A stretch of DNA of 64,000 nucleotides from an uncultured Pseudobdellovibrionaceae bacterium (GTDB taxonomy: Bacteria > Bdellovibrionota > Bdellovibrionia > Bdellovibrionales > UBA1609), in assembly GCA_963803705.1 (NCBI GenBank), contig CAWDNU010000004.1, forward strand, positions 416,001 to 480,000. Reading direction: 5' to 3'. Both the position numbers and the translations under genes were made by a program. Under the pieces are notes generated by a model. That model saw only the letters and a program-made list of their open reading frames with translations, ran no database searches and was not told the origin of the DNA. Shown here in pieces: positions 19,301 through 28,462 of this stretch (position 1 is the stretch's first letter; each line of letters opens with the position of its first letter).

Positions 19301-22292
19301 TTTGACCGGGTAAAAAAGTCACTGAAGTTATTCCAATCTCACAAATGCTATCGTTGTAAAAACCAGCAGCTGCACCTGCTCCGGTAAGATTAACTATAGT
19401 GTTAGCCACAACTGGAGCCACCGTTGAGTCACCATCTAAAGTTTCCACACGAAAGGGTCCTCGGCACGCACTTGTCAAAGAGCTTGCAGGCGCTGCAGGT
19501 GCCGTAATGCGTAAACCTGAAGGACTGATTGTTAACTGTCTAGTTGCGGACTGACTCATTAAACCAGCTTGATCAGAAATAAAAATGTTTAGAATTTCTG
19601 CCTGTTGGCCTTTAAAATAAACTATTACCGTTGATGATCCCTCTGGGACAGTAACACTAGTGTTAGAGCCACCACCAGAACATGATGCTGAAGTATAAAA
19701 GCGACCCGTAGAGGATGCCCCTTGCACACCATTAACATTTAAGTTGAAGGTTCTATCGGCAGGCACGTTATTATTTAATGTATCTCTTAAACGAATTGTA
19801 AATGCTGTTGAACACTGTCCAGCCACAACGCTTGATGGTCCGCTATAAATAATTTTTGAAGCCAGTACTTTGACATCTTGAAACGGTGATATAGTGGCTA
19901 TATTACCCAGTGGATCTGAGGCTGTAATGACTAAGTTCTCTCCCTTAGGATCTTTTAAGTACACAAGTGTTTTGTTATTTGGTGATACACCCTGGCTCAT
20001 TGGAAAACCAGCTGGCGAAATTTCTGTAGTACAAGTGTCATTAGAATAAATCTTTGCGTCCGATCCAGTGATACCTGTCATCAAAATGTTCGTGGCTCCA
20101 AAAACCTGTCCTGCCGAGTTATCTTCTGCTAGCGGAGAAATAACAATTTTAGTAGAACACTCACCGGATAAAACAGTTAGTGTTGAACCTGGAGCTGCCG
20201 GCGGAGCGGCTTCTGCTAAAACACTTATTTTACTTGGAGTCACATTTAAAGTGTAATTTGCCGGAGTCAAAACAGCAGATGAATCCGAGGCTACGATATT
20301 TAAAGCTAGTGACTTGTTATTTCTTAAGTAAACAGTTCTTGTGTCAGTGCCAGGTGTGAAAGTCACATTGGTACTTAACGCTGCACCTCCACAGGTGCTG
20401 CTAGAATACAAAAGTGATGTTCCCAATCCTGTAAGCTGCACAGTTGTATTAGTTGTAGCTTTTGAAGGGTTACCTCCAAAATCTCTTAGTTGTAAAGTGA
20501 TCGCAGAACTACACTGTCCCGATCTGACGGACGAAGCTCCTTGCATTGATATAACTCTTGGAATACCTGCGGTTATATTGAAGTTATTGCTAGTAGCAGG
20601 ACTTAAAGCACCTGAGCTTGCGACCAAACGAAAGCCACTTCCCGTTTGATCTATTCCAAGATTACTAAATGTAGCCAGGCCTCCAACTGCATTTTTGGGA
20701 TGAGTTCCAGTTAAATTAGCAGCCCCGACATTATTAGAAATAGATAATGCGATGGATCCGATACTTGAAGGTCCGGATGAGATTAAGTTTCCTTGAGCAT
20801 CTTGAACAGCCACTTGAATTTCGTTCATCCCATTATTTCCAGCTGGGGAATTTTGCGGCTGAATGATAAACGCCAATCTGCTGGGCGAACCGGCCTTAAA
20901 CGGAGCCGCCACGGCAATTCCAGTAAGACCAGCGGGTGAAGTGATATTTAAAGTTCTTGCAGGGTTGGTATCAGCTGTAGTTGTCGAAATCGATCCTGAT
21001 GTTACACCTAATGCATTTGTTGATAGTAAAGGTTGATTTAAAAAATCACCAGGAACACTGGAACTAAATTGTGGTCTTACCCCAGGCACTGCATTGCCGT
21101 ATCTATCTTTTAAGTTAAATATAACTTGGTAAGAGTCTGTTCCATTAGCTACTAAAGCATCGAAAGGGGGCTGAATAGGCGGATCAATAGTGATTGTGGT
21201 AAAGTCTGGATGAACAGCTCCCGGGGTTATATTAAAAGCATTAGAATTTACAGTCATCACCGGTGTGCCAAAGCTAAGCGAAGAGGTATCGGATTTCTTC
21301 GCTGTTAGAATTTTAGAACCCGCTTCTTCAAAAAAAATATCGTTGAAAGTAGCAACCCCTGCAACCGCGTTGATTGCAAAAGTCCCTCTGACTGTTCCAC
21401 CCGTTGGTGAAGCGGTTGAAATTTCTAAAGTGATCAGAGCTGTTGCATCTGGACCACCAGAAACAATATTATTGTTTTCATCTAAGACATGCACTACTGG
21501 CTGTACATTTAATAAATCACCGGCTGCTGCGTTACCTGGCTGTGTTAAAAATACCAACCGATCTGCACTGCCTAACGCGGTAAAGTTTACTGTCTGCAAA
21601 TTGTTATCTTCAATCCCATCAACTGACACATTTACTTTACATGTGTATTGAGTGTTTGTTTGCAAACCTGATATGATTACAGAACTTAAACTCATGTCTG
21701 TAATAGATTCGTAAAGTTGATAACCAGGGTTTATATTTGTAAAGCAGTAGGCAGCTGCGTTTAAAGCTTCTCCGCCACTAGTAGTGCTATAAAAAATTTG
21801 TGCTGAAGTACTTGAAACAACACTTACAGACGTTGCTCCGCCGTAGGGGATCCCTGGCGCGTCATTAATATTTATGTCTTCATTGCCCAAGTCATCAACA
21901 GCTTTAACCCTAAAACGATATAAGATATTTCTATTTAAACCACTGATCGTCGTCGATGTCGTATCTGCATCAACTGTCTTAAGTAACACTGGGGCCGTGG
22001 GCAAAGTGGCATTATAAATATTGTATGAAACGACTTTATCTAATGGTGATCTGACCCAACTGACTCGGACTTGATTGGCAGACAAAGTCTGAACAACATT
22101 AACACCAGTGAAACCACCAAAAGTTGTATCTCCGTCGATGGACTCTTGAGTTAGGCTTTTTTCTGAGGGCACGCATGAGATTAAAAAGAAAACGGATAAA
22201 AGAATTAGAAAACCACTTTTTATCAACTTAAAAAACGACAGAGTCTTATCAATATTGTGGGCTTTCATATTTCTAAAGATTACTTCTATCAT
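16398..22292 (-). CDS. Giant surface lipoprotein: FN3, invasin/Big_1-like Ig domains, Cys-bridged Ig repeats, C-terminal NHL-like propeller with GWIG...GC...PGWCxGG inserts
   Basis: Lipobox LIS-C; LVANGTDSYQVIFNLKDRYGNAVPG is invasin-like; blades such as PQGLASDGTWLYITDNSLHRIQRF. Confidence 0.9.
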   Translation of the reverse strand: MIEVIFRNMKAHNIDKTLSFFKLIKSGFLILLSVFFLISCVPSEKSLTQESIDGDTTFGGFTGVNVVQTLSANQVRVSWVRSPLDKVVSYNIYNATLPTAPVLLKTVDADTTSTTISGLNRNILYRFRVKAVDDLGNEDININDAPGIPYGGATSVSVVSSTSAQIFYSTTSGGEALNAAAYCFTNINPGYQLYESITDMSLSSVIISGLQTNTQYTCKVNVSVDGIEDNNLQTVNFTALGSADRLVFLTQPGNAAAGDLLNVQPVVHVLDENNNIVSGGPDATALITLEISTASPTGGTVRGTFAINAVAGVATFNDIFFEEAGSKILTAKKSDTSSLSFGTPVMTVNSNAFNITPGAVHPDFTTITIDPPIQPPFDALVANGTDSYQVIFNLKDRYGNAVPGVRPQFSSSVPGDFLNQPLLSTNALGVTSGSISTTTADTNPARTLNITSPAGLTGIAVAAPFKAGSPSRLAFIIQPQNSPAGNNGMNEIQVAVQDAQGNLISSGPSSIGSIALSISNNVGAANLTGTHPKNAVGGLATFSNLGIDQTGSGFRLVASSGALSPATSNNFNITAGIPRVISMQGASSVRSGQCSSAITLQLRDFGGNPSKATTNTTVQLTGLGTSLLYSSSTCGGAALSTNVTFTPGTDTRTVYLRNNKSLALNIVASDSSAVLTPANYTLNVTPSKISVLAEAAPPAAPGSTLTVLSGECSTKIVISPLAEDNSAGQVFGATNILMTGITGSDAKIYSNDTCTTEISPAGFPMSQGVSPNNKTLVYLKDPKGENLVITASDPLGNIATISPFQDVKVLASKIIYSGPSSVVAGQCSTAFTIRLRDTLNNNVPADRTFNLNVNGVQGASSTGRFYTSASCSGGGSNTSVTVPEGSSTVIVYFKGQQAEILNIFISDQAGLMSQSATRQLTISPSGLRITAPAAPASSLTSACRGPFRVETLDGDSTVAPVVANTIVNLTGAGAAAGFYNDSICEIGITSVTFLPGQSSKTFYFKGQYPEAPLTLTATDNAAVLTPATQAWSVIGDWGWLGTDSTQEDAGGNLLPFRMGLKPVSARYDGIRGAQQIAFTPNKQFLFVADADAHRIIKYDYQNLEYRGWIGRMLKENGIGSNGSKQPVPSNALCISTNDNQDLPGWCVGGRSRATGSTTTGGLYQPWGLVSDDTYVYVSNVSGDSVTRHRVDTGAFDGWIGQVNNSTPSGTGTGGAAGCTSVSNGAVTPGWCIGGNQTNNDSRVGDGRMLNPQGLEIDNTFLYVGVAGAVLRYNKTTGAFQGWIGMVDNTPSSGSAGCTLSSRDQLTPGWCFGGSYKSVNARSQSGVQGGVREARDIIINGTNMYVLNSGDGGVINRYNKDTGAFVERLPNLNFTWTNPQQFSFDGTYFYVSDDERILKVGTTGLIESWMGKVSNNSGMSGNAGCSSLQPNDNTPGWCLGGSHKPGLGERSFLNNYGIAFDGAGSFLAISREFAMLKKFSTATGVYQGAIGLESKSPKTWTSDRTKPAEFYGLDDNSMYSPVGSLVVGDFLFVTEREGSRVKKISKNTGQLVGWIGGITSVPTGGQTAGCLSANAMGPSPSWCLGASSYPTFTWNDNNLIDDLVDGIMYRPQGLASDGTWLYITDNSLHRIQRFRVDSGSYGGWIGRISTSSGSSPTGGAAGCSGASSGTFTPGWCFGGRSTSGSEDGMLNSPGGMTYYAGSLFVIDISNHRVSKYNATTGNFEGWIGRVNSNPTSGCGVASNGDYNIANGYEPYSGTTGWCFGGTSRAGTTRSDNGGGFFFENSNETSSIHTDGVFLFVTNTRNNRVDRFNINNGTFHSAARTREDTGQYSNTWETGRTNVNNVGNSSDCSRPISIWVDTNFIYGLNSYPCQRESDGMSLWKMDKATGNMVGWKGGISSSVPPTGGDPGCVGATASTPGWCQGGRIASGVLLGQWSGIRGMISGDANYLYVTDGDANRVVRVPK

Positions 22293-22351
22293 ATATCGCC
22301 TTTTTAAATTTATATAAAGATTTCGTTAATGGGGCATAACCTATATAGTAT

Positions 22352-22379
22352 TTATCGACTTTTATAGAAAATCTCTCTA
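22352..22379 (-). promoter_or_regulatory. Sigma28-like promoter
   Basis: TAGAG-N15-GTCGATAA upstream of the adhesin triplet. Confidence 0.45.
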
Positions 22380-22641
22380 GCTTTTTTTACAGTAAATTTA
22401 AGTTATCTTAATTTTCATGGCTTAGATTAATACAGTAAACTTAGGTCAAGGTTCACTTAGTTTGGCAAAGATTAAGCAGGGCTTACAGCTTAATAAAATA
22501 TAGAAGTTCGACAACTTAGTTGAATAAGTTTCGAAAATTCTCAGTATGAAACACTATTTTAAGGAGAATCTTTTAAATTGATGGATGGGGCTGCAAATTG
22601 AATTTAAGATTAATTTTTAAATTAAATATGAATTTACTTTT

Positions 22642-23715
22642 TTAAAAACTAAGTGATATAAAGGCGTTGAACTGATCAGCATTTATACTTTCATTTTTAT
22701 CTGAAAATTTGTGACTAGCGTATGACAAACCGTATTGCAAACGCCTTAAATTATTTAAATTTTTAGTCCAATCCAAATTAAGTTTAATTGTCCGTTCCCC
22801 GAAAGGATCTGAAAAATCGTAAGGTGTAATTTGTAATTCCGCAGAGTAGCTGTCTTTTGCAGATCTGTAAAGTTCTGTTCGAAGACCAAAATTAGCACCA
22901 TATAAACCCGAGAAACCAAAAGAGCTGCCTAAAGAAAATAAATTTATTGTTGATGCTCCGAAGGTTAATCGACTTCTATACTTAGGATTTTTAGTTAATT
23001 TGACCAGCAAACTTGCTCCGGCCCTAGCGTCAAAAAATTGAGGGTTCTCATCCACTGGCGATGAGGAATAGGTAAATAATGTTAAGTTGGCGTCTGCGAA
23101 GTAGCCAATTTTTCGTCCTTTTTCTGGAGTGATATATTTAACACCAACTAACATAGCTTGAGAAACAAAAGTTCCAAATGAGGTTTGTCTATAAATTAAA
23201 TATGAATGACCAATACTAAAGAACACAGAGTCAAATAGTGACACCATCTTAAATTCTCTAGCCTCTGGAGCAAACAGGTAAAATGTTTCTGTCTGCACTT
23301 CATTTTCTGGACCTACAGACGTCAAAAAAAGTGTGCTTATTCTTGATCGCAAATAAGCGTAAACGACATGCGTTCCTTCTGCATCTAGTCTTCTGACAGG
23401 TTCCTTATCGCTTAAAAACAGTTGCCATCCAGGTTTATTATAATCAAGTTTCATCTTTACCATTGGCCTGAAAGATTCGCCTTGAGGCACTAAATAAACT
23501 GGCAGCTGCACCTGCGAAAGCTTTAGCTCAGGTAACCGACTTGGTGCCTGCTTGTCTCTTAGAATGTGCGCCACCCACAAAGCTTGTTTAGTTTTTAACG
23601 CTTCAGGTTCCACTGTTTTTTTTTCCGAAATTCCAACGGCAGCTTTGGTTTCACCATTTGCAGTTGAAATAAACTGGCTAATTACTACAAATGAAAAGAA
23701 GGCTTTCAAGAACAT
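22642..23715 (-). CDS. Secreted protein with probable C-terminal outer-membrane beta-barrel
   Basis: Signal peptide; alternating-residue strands in the C-terminal half; ends FISLSF (BAM-type terminal Phe). Confidence 0.65.
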   Translation of the reverse strand: MFLKAFFSFVVISQFISTANGETKAAVGISEKKTVEPEALKTKQALWVAHILRDKQAPSRLPELKLSQVQLPVYLVPQGESFRPMVKMKLDYNKPGWQLFLSDKEPVRRLDAEGTHVVYAYLRSRISTLFLTSVGPENEVQTETFYLFAPEAREFKMVSLFDSVFFSIGHSYLIYRQTSFGTFVSQAMLVGVKYITPEKGRKIGYFADANLTLFTYSSSPVDENPQFFDARAGASLLVKLTKNPKYRSRLTFGASTINLFSLGSSFGFSGLYGANFGLRTELYRSAKDSYSAELQITPYDFSDPFGERTIKLNLDWTKNLNNLRRLQYGLSYASHKFSDKNESINADQFNAFISLSF

Positions 23716-23756
23716 AGTATAAGGGTCTCAAAAAGCAATTGTTTATACAAGTTTCT

Positions 23757-24764
23757 TTACTCAATTCTATTGGGTAGCTTAGGCTTAGGGTCAGACGAAG
23801 GAAGTCGAAGCTCAGGATTTTCAAATGTTGCTTTAATCGGATAATAAAGCGTAAATCCAGCGTAAATCTTTTTAGGGTTTTTAACCAGTTGGGGGTTGTT
23901 CTTCCAAATGTCCTTCCAACGGTCCGGTGTTCCGTAAAGTTTTTGCGAAATAGATTTTAAAGTGTCCATTTTTTTGATTAAGTAAGGTTTTCCATCTCGC
24001 TTGATGTAAATATATTTGACGTTTCTGATGGTCAATTCAGTTCCTACTTGCATAAGCTCAGGTTTTTTAATTTTATTTTTATTCACTTTGTATATATCTT
24101 TCCACTTCAAATAATTAGCATATTTTTCGAAGGCTATTTTCATTAACGTGTCACCCAATCGGACTATATAGCTTACCGTTTTCACGTCATTATTGGATCC
24201 AGAAGCTACTCCATTTATACCTGATCTAAAGCTTAGCGGTCCCTGTTTTTTTCTAACTAATGACTTTCCCAGTGGACCTTCTGATTTTAAGATCATTTCA
24301 TCTTCTGTAAGCACAGCGTTTTGGTCAGCACCAGCCACAAACTTATTAGAAGTGCTTATTCTTTCAGGTTTAGCTTCAAGACCGGTAATCTTCTTTGCTA
24401 GATCATAGTTTCGTTTAGCAAGTTCATAGCTTTGCCTAGCTGCTTCATAACTTTGTCTTGCATCTTCACTTAAAAATCTAGTCTCGCCGTTTTCGGTTTC
24501 GAAGCGGGAATCTGTGTCTATATGACTTTGCAAAGTCCGTATCGCTCCAGAGTAAGCTGGGGTATCAGAATAAATCAGCAATCCTTCTTCTGTAATGCGT
24601 TCAATATCTTTTGCAATTTCAACTGGGATCGGAACTGCATCTGTTGCTGCTGTAGCTCTTTGCCGAAAACCCGGGTCTTCTAACTGTCCACTTGATGAAC
24701 ATCCAGCAAGAAAAAATAGTGACATCAAACAAATAATTATAATGCTAAGTAGTTGATTAAACAT
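23757..24764 (-). CDS. LysM-domain lipoprotein (two LysM domains)
   Basis: Lipobox LAG-C; YIVRLGDTLMKIAFEKYANYLKWKDIYKVN and YLIKKMDTLKSISQKLYGTPDRWKDIWKNN. Confidence 0.9.
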   Translation of the reverse strand: MFNQLLSIIIICLMSLFFLAGCSSSGQLEDPGFRQRATAATDAVPIPVEIAKDIERITEEGLLIYSDTPAYSGAIRTLQSHIDTDSRFETENGETRFLSEDARQSYEAARQSYELAKRNYDLAKKITGLEAKPERISTSNKFVAGADQNAVLTEDEMILKSEGPLGKSLVRKKQGPLSFRSGINGVASGSNNDVKTVSYIVRLGDTLMKIAFEKYANYLKWKDIYKVNKNKIKKPELMQVGTELTIRNVKYIYIKRDGKPYLIKKMDTLKSISQKLYGTPDRWKDIWKNNPQLVKNPKKIYAGFTLYYPIKATFENPELRLPSSDPKPKLPNRIE

Positions 24765-24771
24765 AAGTACT

Positions 24772-24799
24772 ACTTCGGACTATTAGCCCGTATAATCTA
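24772..24799 (-). promoter_or_regulatory. Possible sigma28-like promoter (leaderless)
   Basis: TAGAT-N15-TCCGAAGT, with the -10 box 7 nt upstream of the ATG at 24764. Confidence 0.3.
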
Positions 24800-24852
24800 T
24801 GGTCTAGGTAGTATTTCTAGACGAAAATGCGGGCAAATAAGTTTGACAATTT

Positions 24853-27800
24853 TTATGAACTTGGAATTTCAGTTTCACTCGGTTCAACTTTGCCAGGCGG
24901 CAAAGGCGGCACGGGTATAAATTCGCTGGACTTTAAGCTTAAAATTAAAGATTGAGCCTTTTTGTCGACTTCCTGATTGGTTTTAACCAACAACTCTTTA
25001 ACCTCATCACGCTGCTTAACCAATTGTTCATATTGGTTTTCAAGTAAAGCTCGCTGAGGTCCAAAAACATTAGACTTAGTCATTAAAACTTCAATCTTAG
25101 AGATCTCTCTTTCGGTTATTTTCAAGTAAGGATTTAGTGGATTAAACTCTTTGGTAGCACGTAATTCCGAAGAAATTTGTATTATCTGTTTTTGTAAACT
25201 GCCTTTTTGTGAATCAACCCATCTAGAATACAGACTCAATTGCTCTTCCCTTTTCTTAATACTGTGTAATGCAGCATCAAGTTCATGATTTTTCTTCTTG
25301 ATCTTTGCATATAGGTCCTTGTTTTCGTCTATCTCATTTTGTAAACTCTGTTTTTGATTAAATACAGATTCGTACTTAGTCCCTGCGTCCACAATTTTGG
25401 ACCCTAGATCGACGGATCGAAATTCAAGATCTTTAATGATGCCCGCCAACTTAGCATTCTCGTGCTTTTGGATTTCTATTTTTTTTGTCTTTTCAGAAAG
25501 ATCGATAGTGGTTCTTCTTTCAAGCTCTTTATAATCTTTTTCTTTTATCTCAGCTTCATCTTTTAACTTGGTTAAGGTCGCATATTGAAGGTTGAAATCA
25601 AAATCTTTCTGCTTTAAGTTTATGTTTAAATCTATAATTTCATCGCTTAAACTTTGATTTTTTTTCAAAAGCTCATCAGATTCATCAGATTTTACATCCA
25701 ACACTTCTTTAAGTGATAAAATTTCAGTGTTCTTATTATCTAAGGTGGCCTGAAGCCCATTCAATTCTAGTAGCTGTTCTTTTTTATCATTCATAAGCAG
25801 ACTTATATCAGCTTGTAAAAAACTGTTTTCTTCAATAAGTCCACTAATTTCAATATTTAGGTCCACTATCTTATCATCAAACTCTTTTTCGCACAGTTCT
25901 AATTTGTAAAGATGAGCATTTTGAATCTCTAGGGTACGACTTTTGTTAGCAATTTGACTTTCTAAGTCTGTGATCCGGTTTTCCAAATTTTTATTTATAC
26001 CAATCAAAACACCATGTTCTTCAGAAGATTTATTAATAAGTCCTTGCTTCGAATCAGCTTCTGCTTTTTTATCTTCATAGCTTAAACCTAATAATCTTTT
26101 TTCTTCTAACAGTGATTCTTTTTCTAAAGCTTGCGAACTTAAATCCTTTTGCAGGGAAATATTCTTCTCTTTTAAATCATGAATCTTATCCTGTAAGCCA
26201 GTGGCTTCAGCAATTAGGTCCTTTTTCTCGAATTCTAATTGATCAAATAATATTTGCTGTTTTTCAAGCATACTATTTTTGTACTCTAACTTCTGATTTA
26301 AACCTAAAACCTCTTCCTTCAGCCCATCATTAAGTGTGACTGAAGATTTATGGTCCCTAATAGAATCATCAATTATCTTTTGCTTGGAAATAAGCACGGT
26401 CTCTTTTGATGACAACTGAATTTTAAGCTCTTCAATTTTTTGATGGGCATCTAAAATTGTTGAATTTAGCGACTTTTGTCGCTGTTCACTTACACTCATG
26501 CTTTTTTTGTTTTCAATAATCTCTAGTTGAAGCTCATTTAGTTGAACGTTTACAGCAGATATTTTATCTTCAGACTCAGCCCTAAAATCATCTGATTTTA
26601 AAACTTCATCCTGGTACAAAGAAAGTTCCGCAGTTAAATCCTCATTTTTTTTCTTTAGCAAGACTTCTTGCGTTTCCAATCCGTTAATTTTAATCTCTAG
26701 CAATTCTAAATCTCTTAAATTATCTGCTATCTTTTGATGAGCCTGAACTAGAATTTCAGAAATTTTATCAATCTCAATTTTTTTATCTTTTTCTAGTTTT
26801 GAAATTTCTGTTTCAAATTCTATTTTCTGATCTTTAAGGCTTAGTTCTAACTTTTTATTGTTAGCCGCAAGACTCTCACTTTGCTTTATACTGACGCCAT
26901 AATCTTGTTCTAAAAAATCTATTTTATTTAAAGCCACAGACAATTTTTCCAGTACAGATCGATTTTGTTCTTTTTCGTAACTTAAGTCTTTGTCTAAATT
27001 TTTAAACTTCACCTTCAGTTCTGAAAAATCTTTTAGTTGTCTTTCAAGCTCAACCATCTCGTCAGTTTTACTTTCAAAGGTTTTTCTTAAAACAGACATT
27101 TGGTGCCCGACCATTACTATCTGCTCTCTTAAATTTTTATTATCTTCTAAAGCTGTTTTTAAATCCAGGCTCTTGTTTTCTAGGTCTGTGTCTGAAGCCT
27201 TTATGCTGGCTTCAAAACGATCGATTTTTTGTCTTTGGACTTGCAACTCGTTTGATTTTTTTCCTATTAGCTCTTCAGCTTTTTTTAGATCGGTCGCCAC
27301 TAAGTCAAAAGACTCTTGTAGTTCTGATTTTTGAAGTAGTATTTTTTCAGACTGTTGTTCGTGTTCCAAAACCAAGTTGTCAAATCGCTCTGTCCAACTT
27401 TTGTTTTCGCGGTTTAAGTATTCGATTTCAGCTTTATATTCGTTGATTTTTTTAAGGTTTGTTTCACTCTCTACCATTAGTTTCTTATATTCAGATTTTG
27501 ATAAACTAAGGTCTTTGCTTACTAAAATAACTTTTTGATTTAAACTTAGCCGCTCTTGTTCAAATGATTTGAATTTTTCTTGATAAGAAAGAAGGTCATC
27601 AATTTTTTTATTTAAGTAATTAATTTCTTTTGTTTTCTCGTTCAACTCAGTGTTGAGTGACGACATTATTTTTTTTGAAACTTCTTTATCTTTATTAAAT
27701 TTAAGTTCTAACTCTTTTTTATCGGATTTTAATGATAGATTTTGGCTACTTATCTCTTCGTTAGTTTTATTTACTTCAGCTAATTGATTACTTGATTTAG

Positions 27801-28452
27801 TATTATTTGCAGCAAGTTCAGAAATATAGGTTTGTAGCTGTTCTTTTTCAGCTTGAATTCTTTTGCTTTTTGCCTGGGCTAACCTTTCTTTGTCCTCTGA
27901 CTTTTTCAGCAGTAGAGCCTTAGTCTCTAGCATCGTCTGCTCATAACTTTGAGTAGCTGCTTCTATCTCTTTATCTTTTCTCATTATTTGCTGCTGATAG
28001 TCATTAAGCTTAGCTTCTTTAGATTTAATAACTTCTCGAAACTGGTCAATCTTGCTTTCGCTGGCTTGCTTCTTATTATTAATATCTTCAAATTTTTCTA
28101 AAAGATCGTTTCTTATTTTAAGCAGCGTATCTACTCTTTCCTGATACTTTCTCCTGATCGAAAGCAGCTCACTCTGTTTTTCGTCTAGTTTTTTGCCTAA
28201 AAAACTAATTTTTTGATCACTTTTTATCAATTCAGAGTGAATCTTTTGTTTTTCACTCTCGATCATTTTTATCTTTTGATTGTTTTTTTCATGCCCTTCA
28301 ATAAACCCATTAATATCATTAAATAAACTTTGATGGTTCCAATTGACACCCTCCAAAGCCTGTTTAATCTTGGCCAACTTGTGATCAGTTGCGCTAAGGC
28401 TTTTCTTGTCTTTTGTCTTCAACTTTTTTTGCACGACCTGTCTTTTTTCCAT
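24853..28452 (-). CDS. Long cytoplasmic coiled-coil protein (1199 aa)
   Basis: K/E/L-rich continuous heptads; no signal peptide, TM or Walker motif; Pro-rich tail PVPPLPPG. Confidence 0.85.
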   Translation of the reverse strand: MEKRQVVQKKLKTKDKKSLSATDHKLAKIKQALEGVNWNHQSLFNDINGFIEGHEKNNQKIKMIESEKQKIHSELIKSDQKISFLGKKLDEKQSELLSIRRKYQERVDTLLKIRNDLLEKFEDINNKKQASESKIDQFREVIKSKEAKLNDYQQQIMRKDKEIEAATQSYEQTMLETKALLLKKSEDKERLAQAKSKRIQAEKEQLQTYISELAANNTKSSNQLAEVNKTNEEISSQNLSLKSDKKELELKFNKDKEVSKKIMSSLNTELNEKTKEINYLNKKIDDLLSYQEKFKSFEQERLSLNQKVILVSKDLSLSKSEYKKLMVESETNLKKINEYKAEIEYLNRENKSWTERFDNLVLEHEQQSEKILLQKSELQESFDLVATDLKKAEELIGKKSNELQVQRQKIDRFEASIKASDTDLENKSLDLKTALEDNKNLREQIVMVGHQMSVLRKTFESKTDEMVELERQLKDFSELKVKFKNLDKDLSYEKEQNRSVLEKLSVALNKIDFLEQDYGVSIKQSESLAANNKKLELSLKDQKIEFETEISKLEKDKKIEIDKISEILVQAHQKIADNLRDLELLEIKINGLETQEVLLKKKNEDLTAELSLYQDEVLKSDDFRAESEDKISAVNVQLNELQLEIIENKKSMSVSEQRQKSLNSTILDAHQKIEELKIQLSSKETVLISKQKIIDDSIRDHKSSVTLNDGLKEEVLGLNQKLEYKNSMLEKQQILFDQLEFEKKDLIAEATGLQDKIHDLKEKNISLQKDLSSQALEKESLLEEKRLLGLSYEDKKAEADSKQGLINKSSEEHGVLIGINKNLENRITDLESQIANKSRTLEIQNAHLYKLELCEKEFDDKIVDLNIEISGLIEENSFLQADISLLMNDKKEQLLELNGLQATLDNKNTEILSLKEVLDVKSDESDELLKKNQSLSDEIIDLNINLKQKDFDFNLQYATLTKLKDEAEIKEKDYKELERRTTIDLSEKTKKIEIQKHENAKLAGIIKDLEFRSVDLGSKIVDAGTKYESVFNQKQSLQNEIDENKDLYAKIKKKNHELDAALHSIKKREEQLSLYSRWVDSQKGSLQKQIIQISSELRATKEFNPLNPYLKITEREISKIEVLMTKSNVFGPQRALLENQYEQLVKQRDEVKELLVKTNQEVDKKAQSLILSLKSSEFIPVPPLPPGKVEPSETEIPSS

Positions 28453-28462
28453 TAATAAACCC

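Noticed and set aside
4059..21651. Numerous short ORFs antisense or out of frame within the large genes
   Set aside because: Shadow ORFs with no recognisable motifs.
24400..24465. Short 21-bp tandem duplication in the LysM gene (ARQSYEAARQSYELAKRNYDLAKK)
   Set aside because: Small heptad expansion; not enough to claim a function.
24853..28452. SMC/Rad50 ATPase or phage tape measure
   Set aside because: No Walker A/B or signature motifs and no phage genes.
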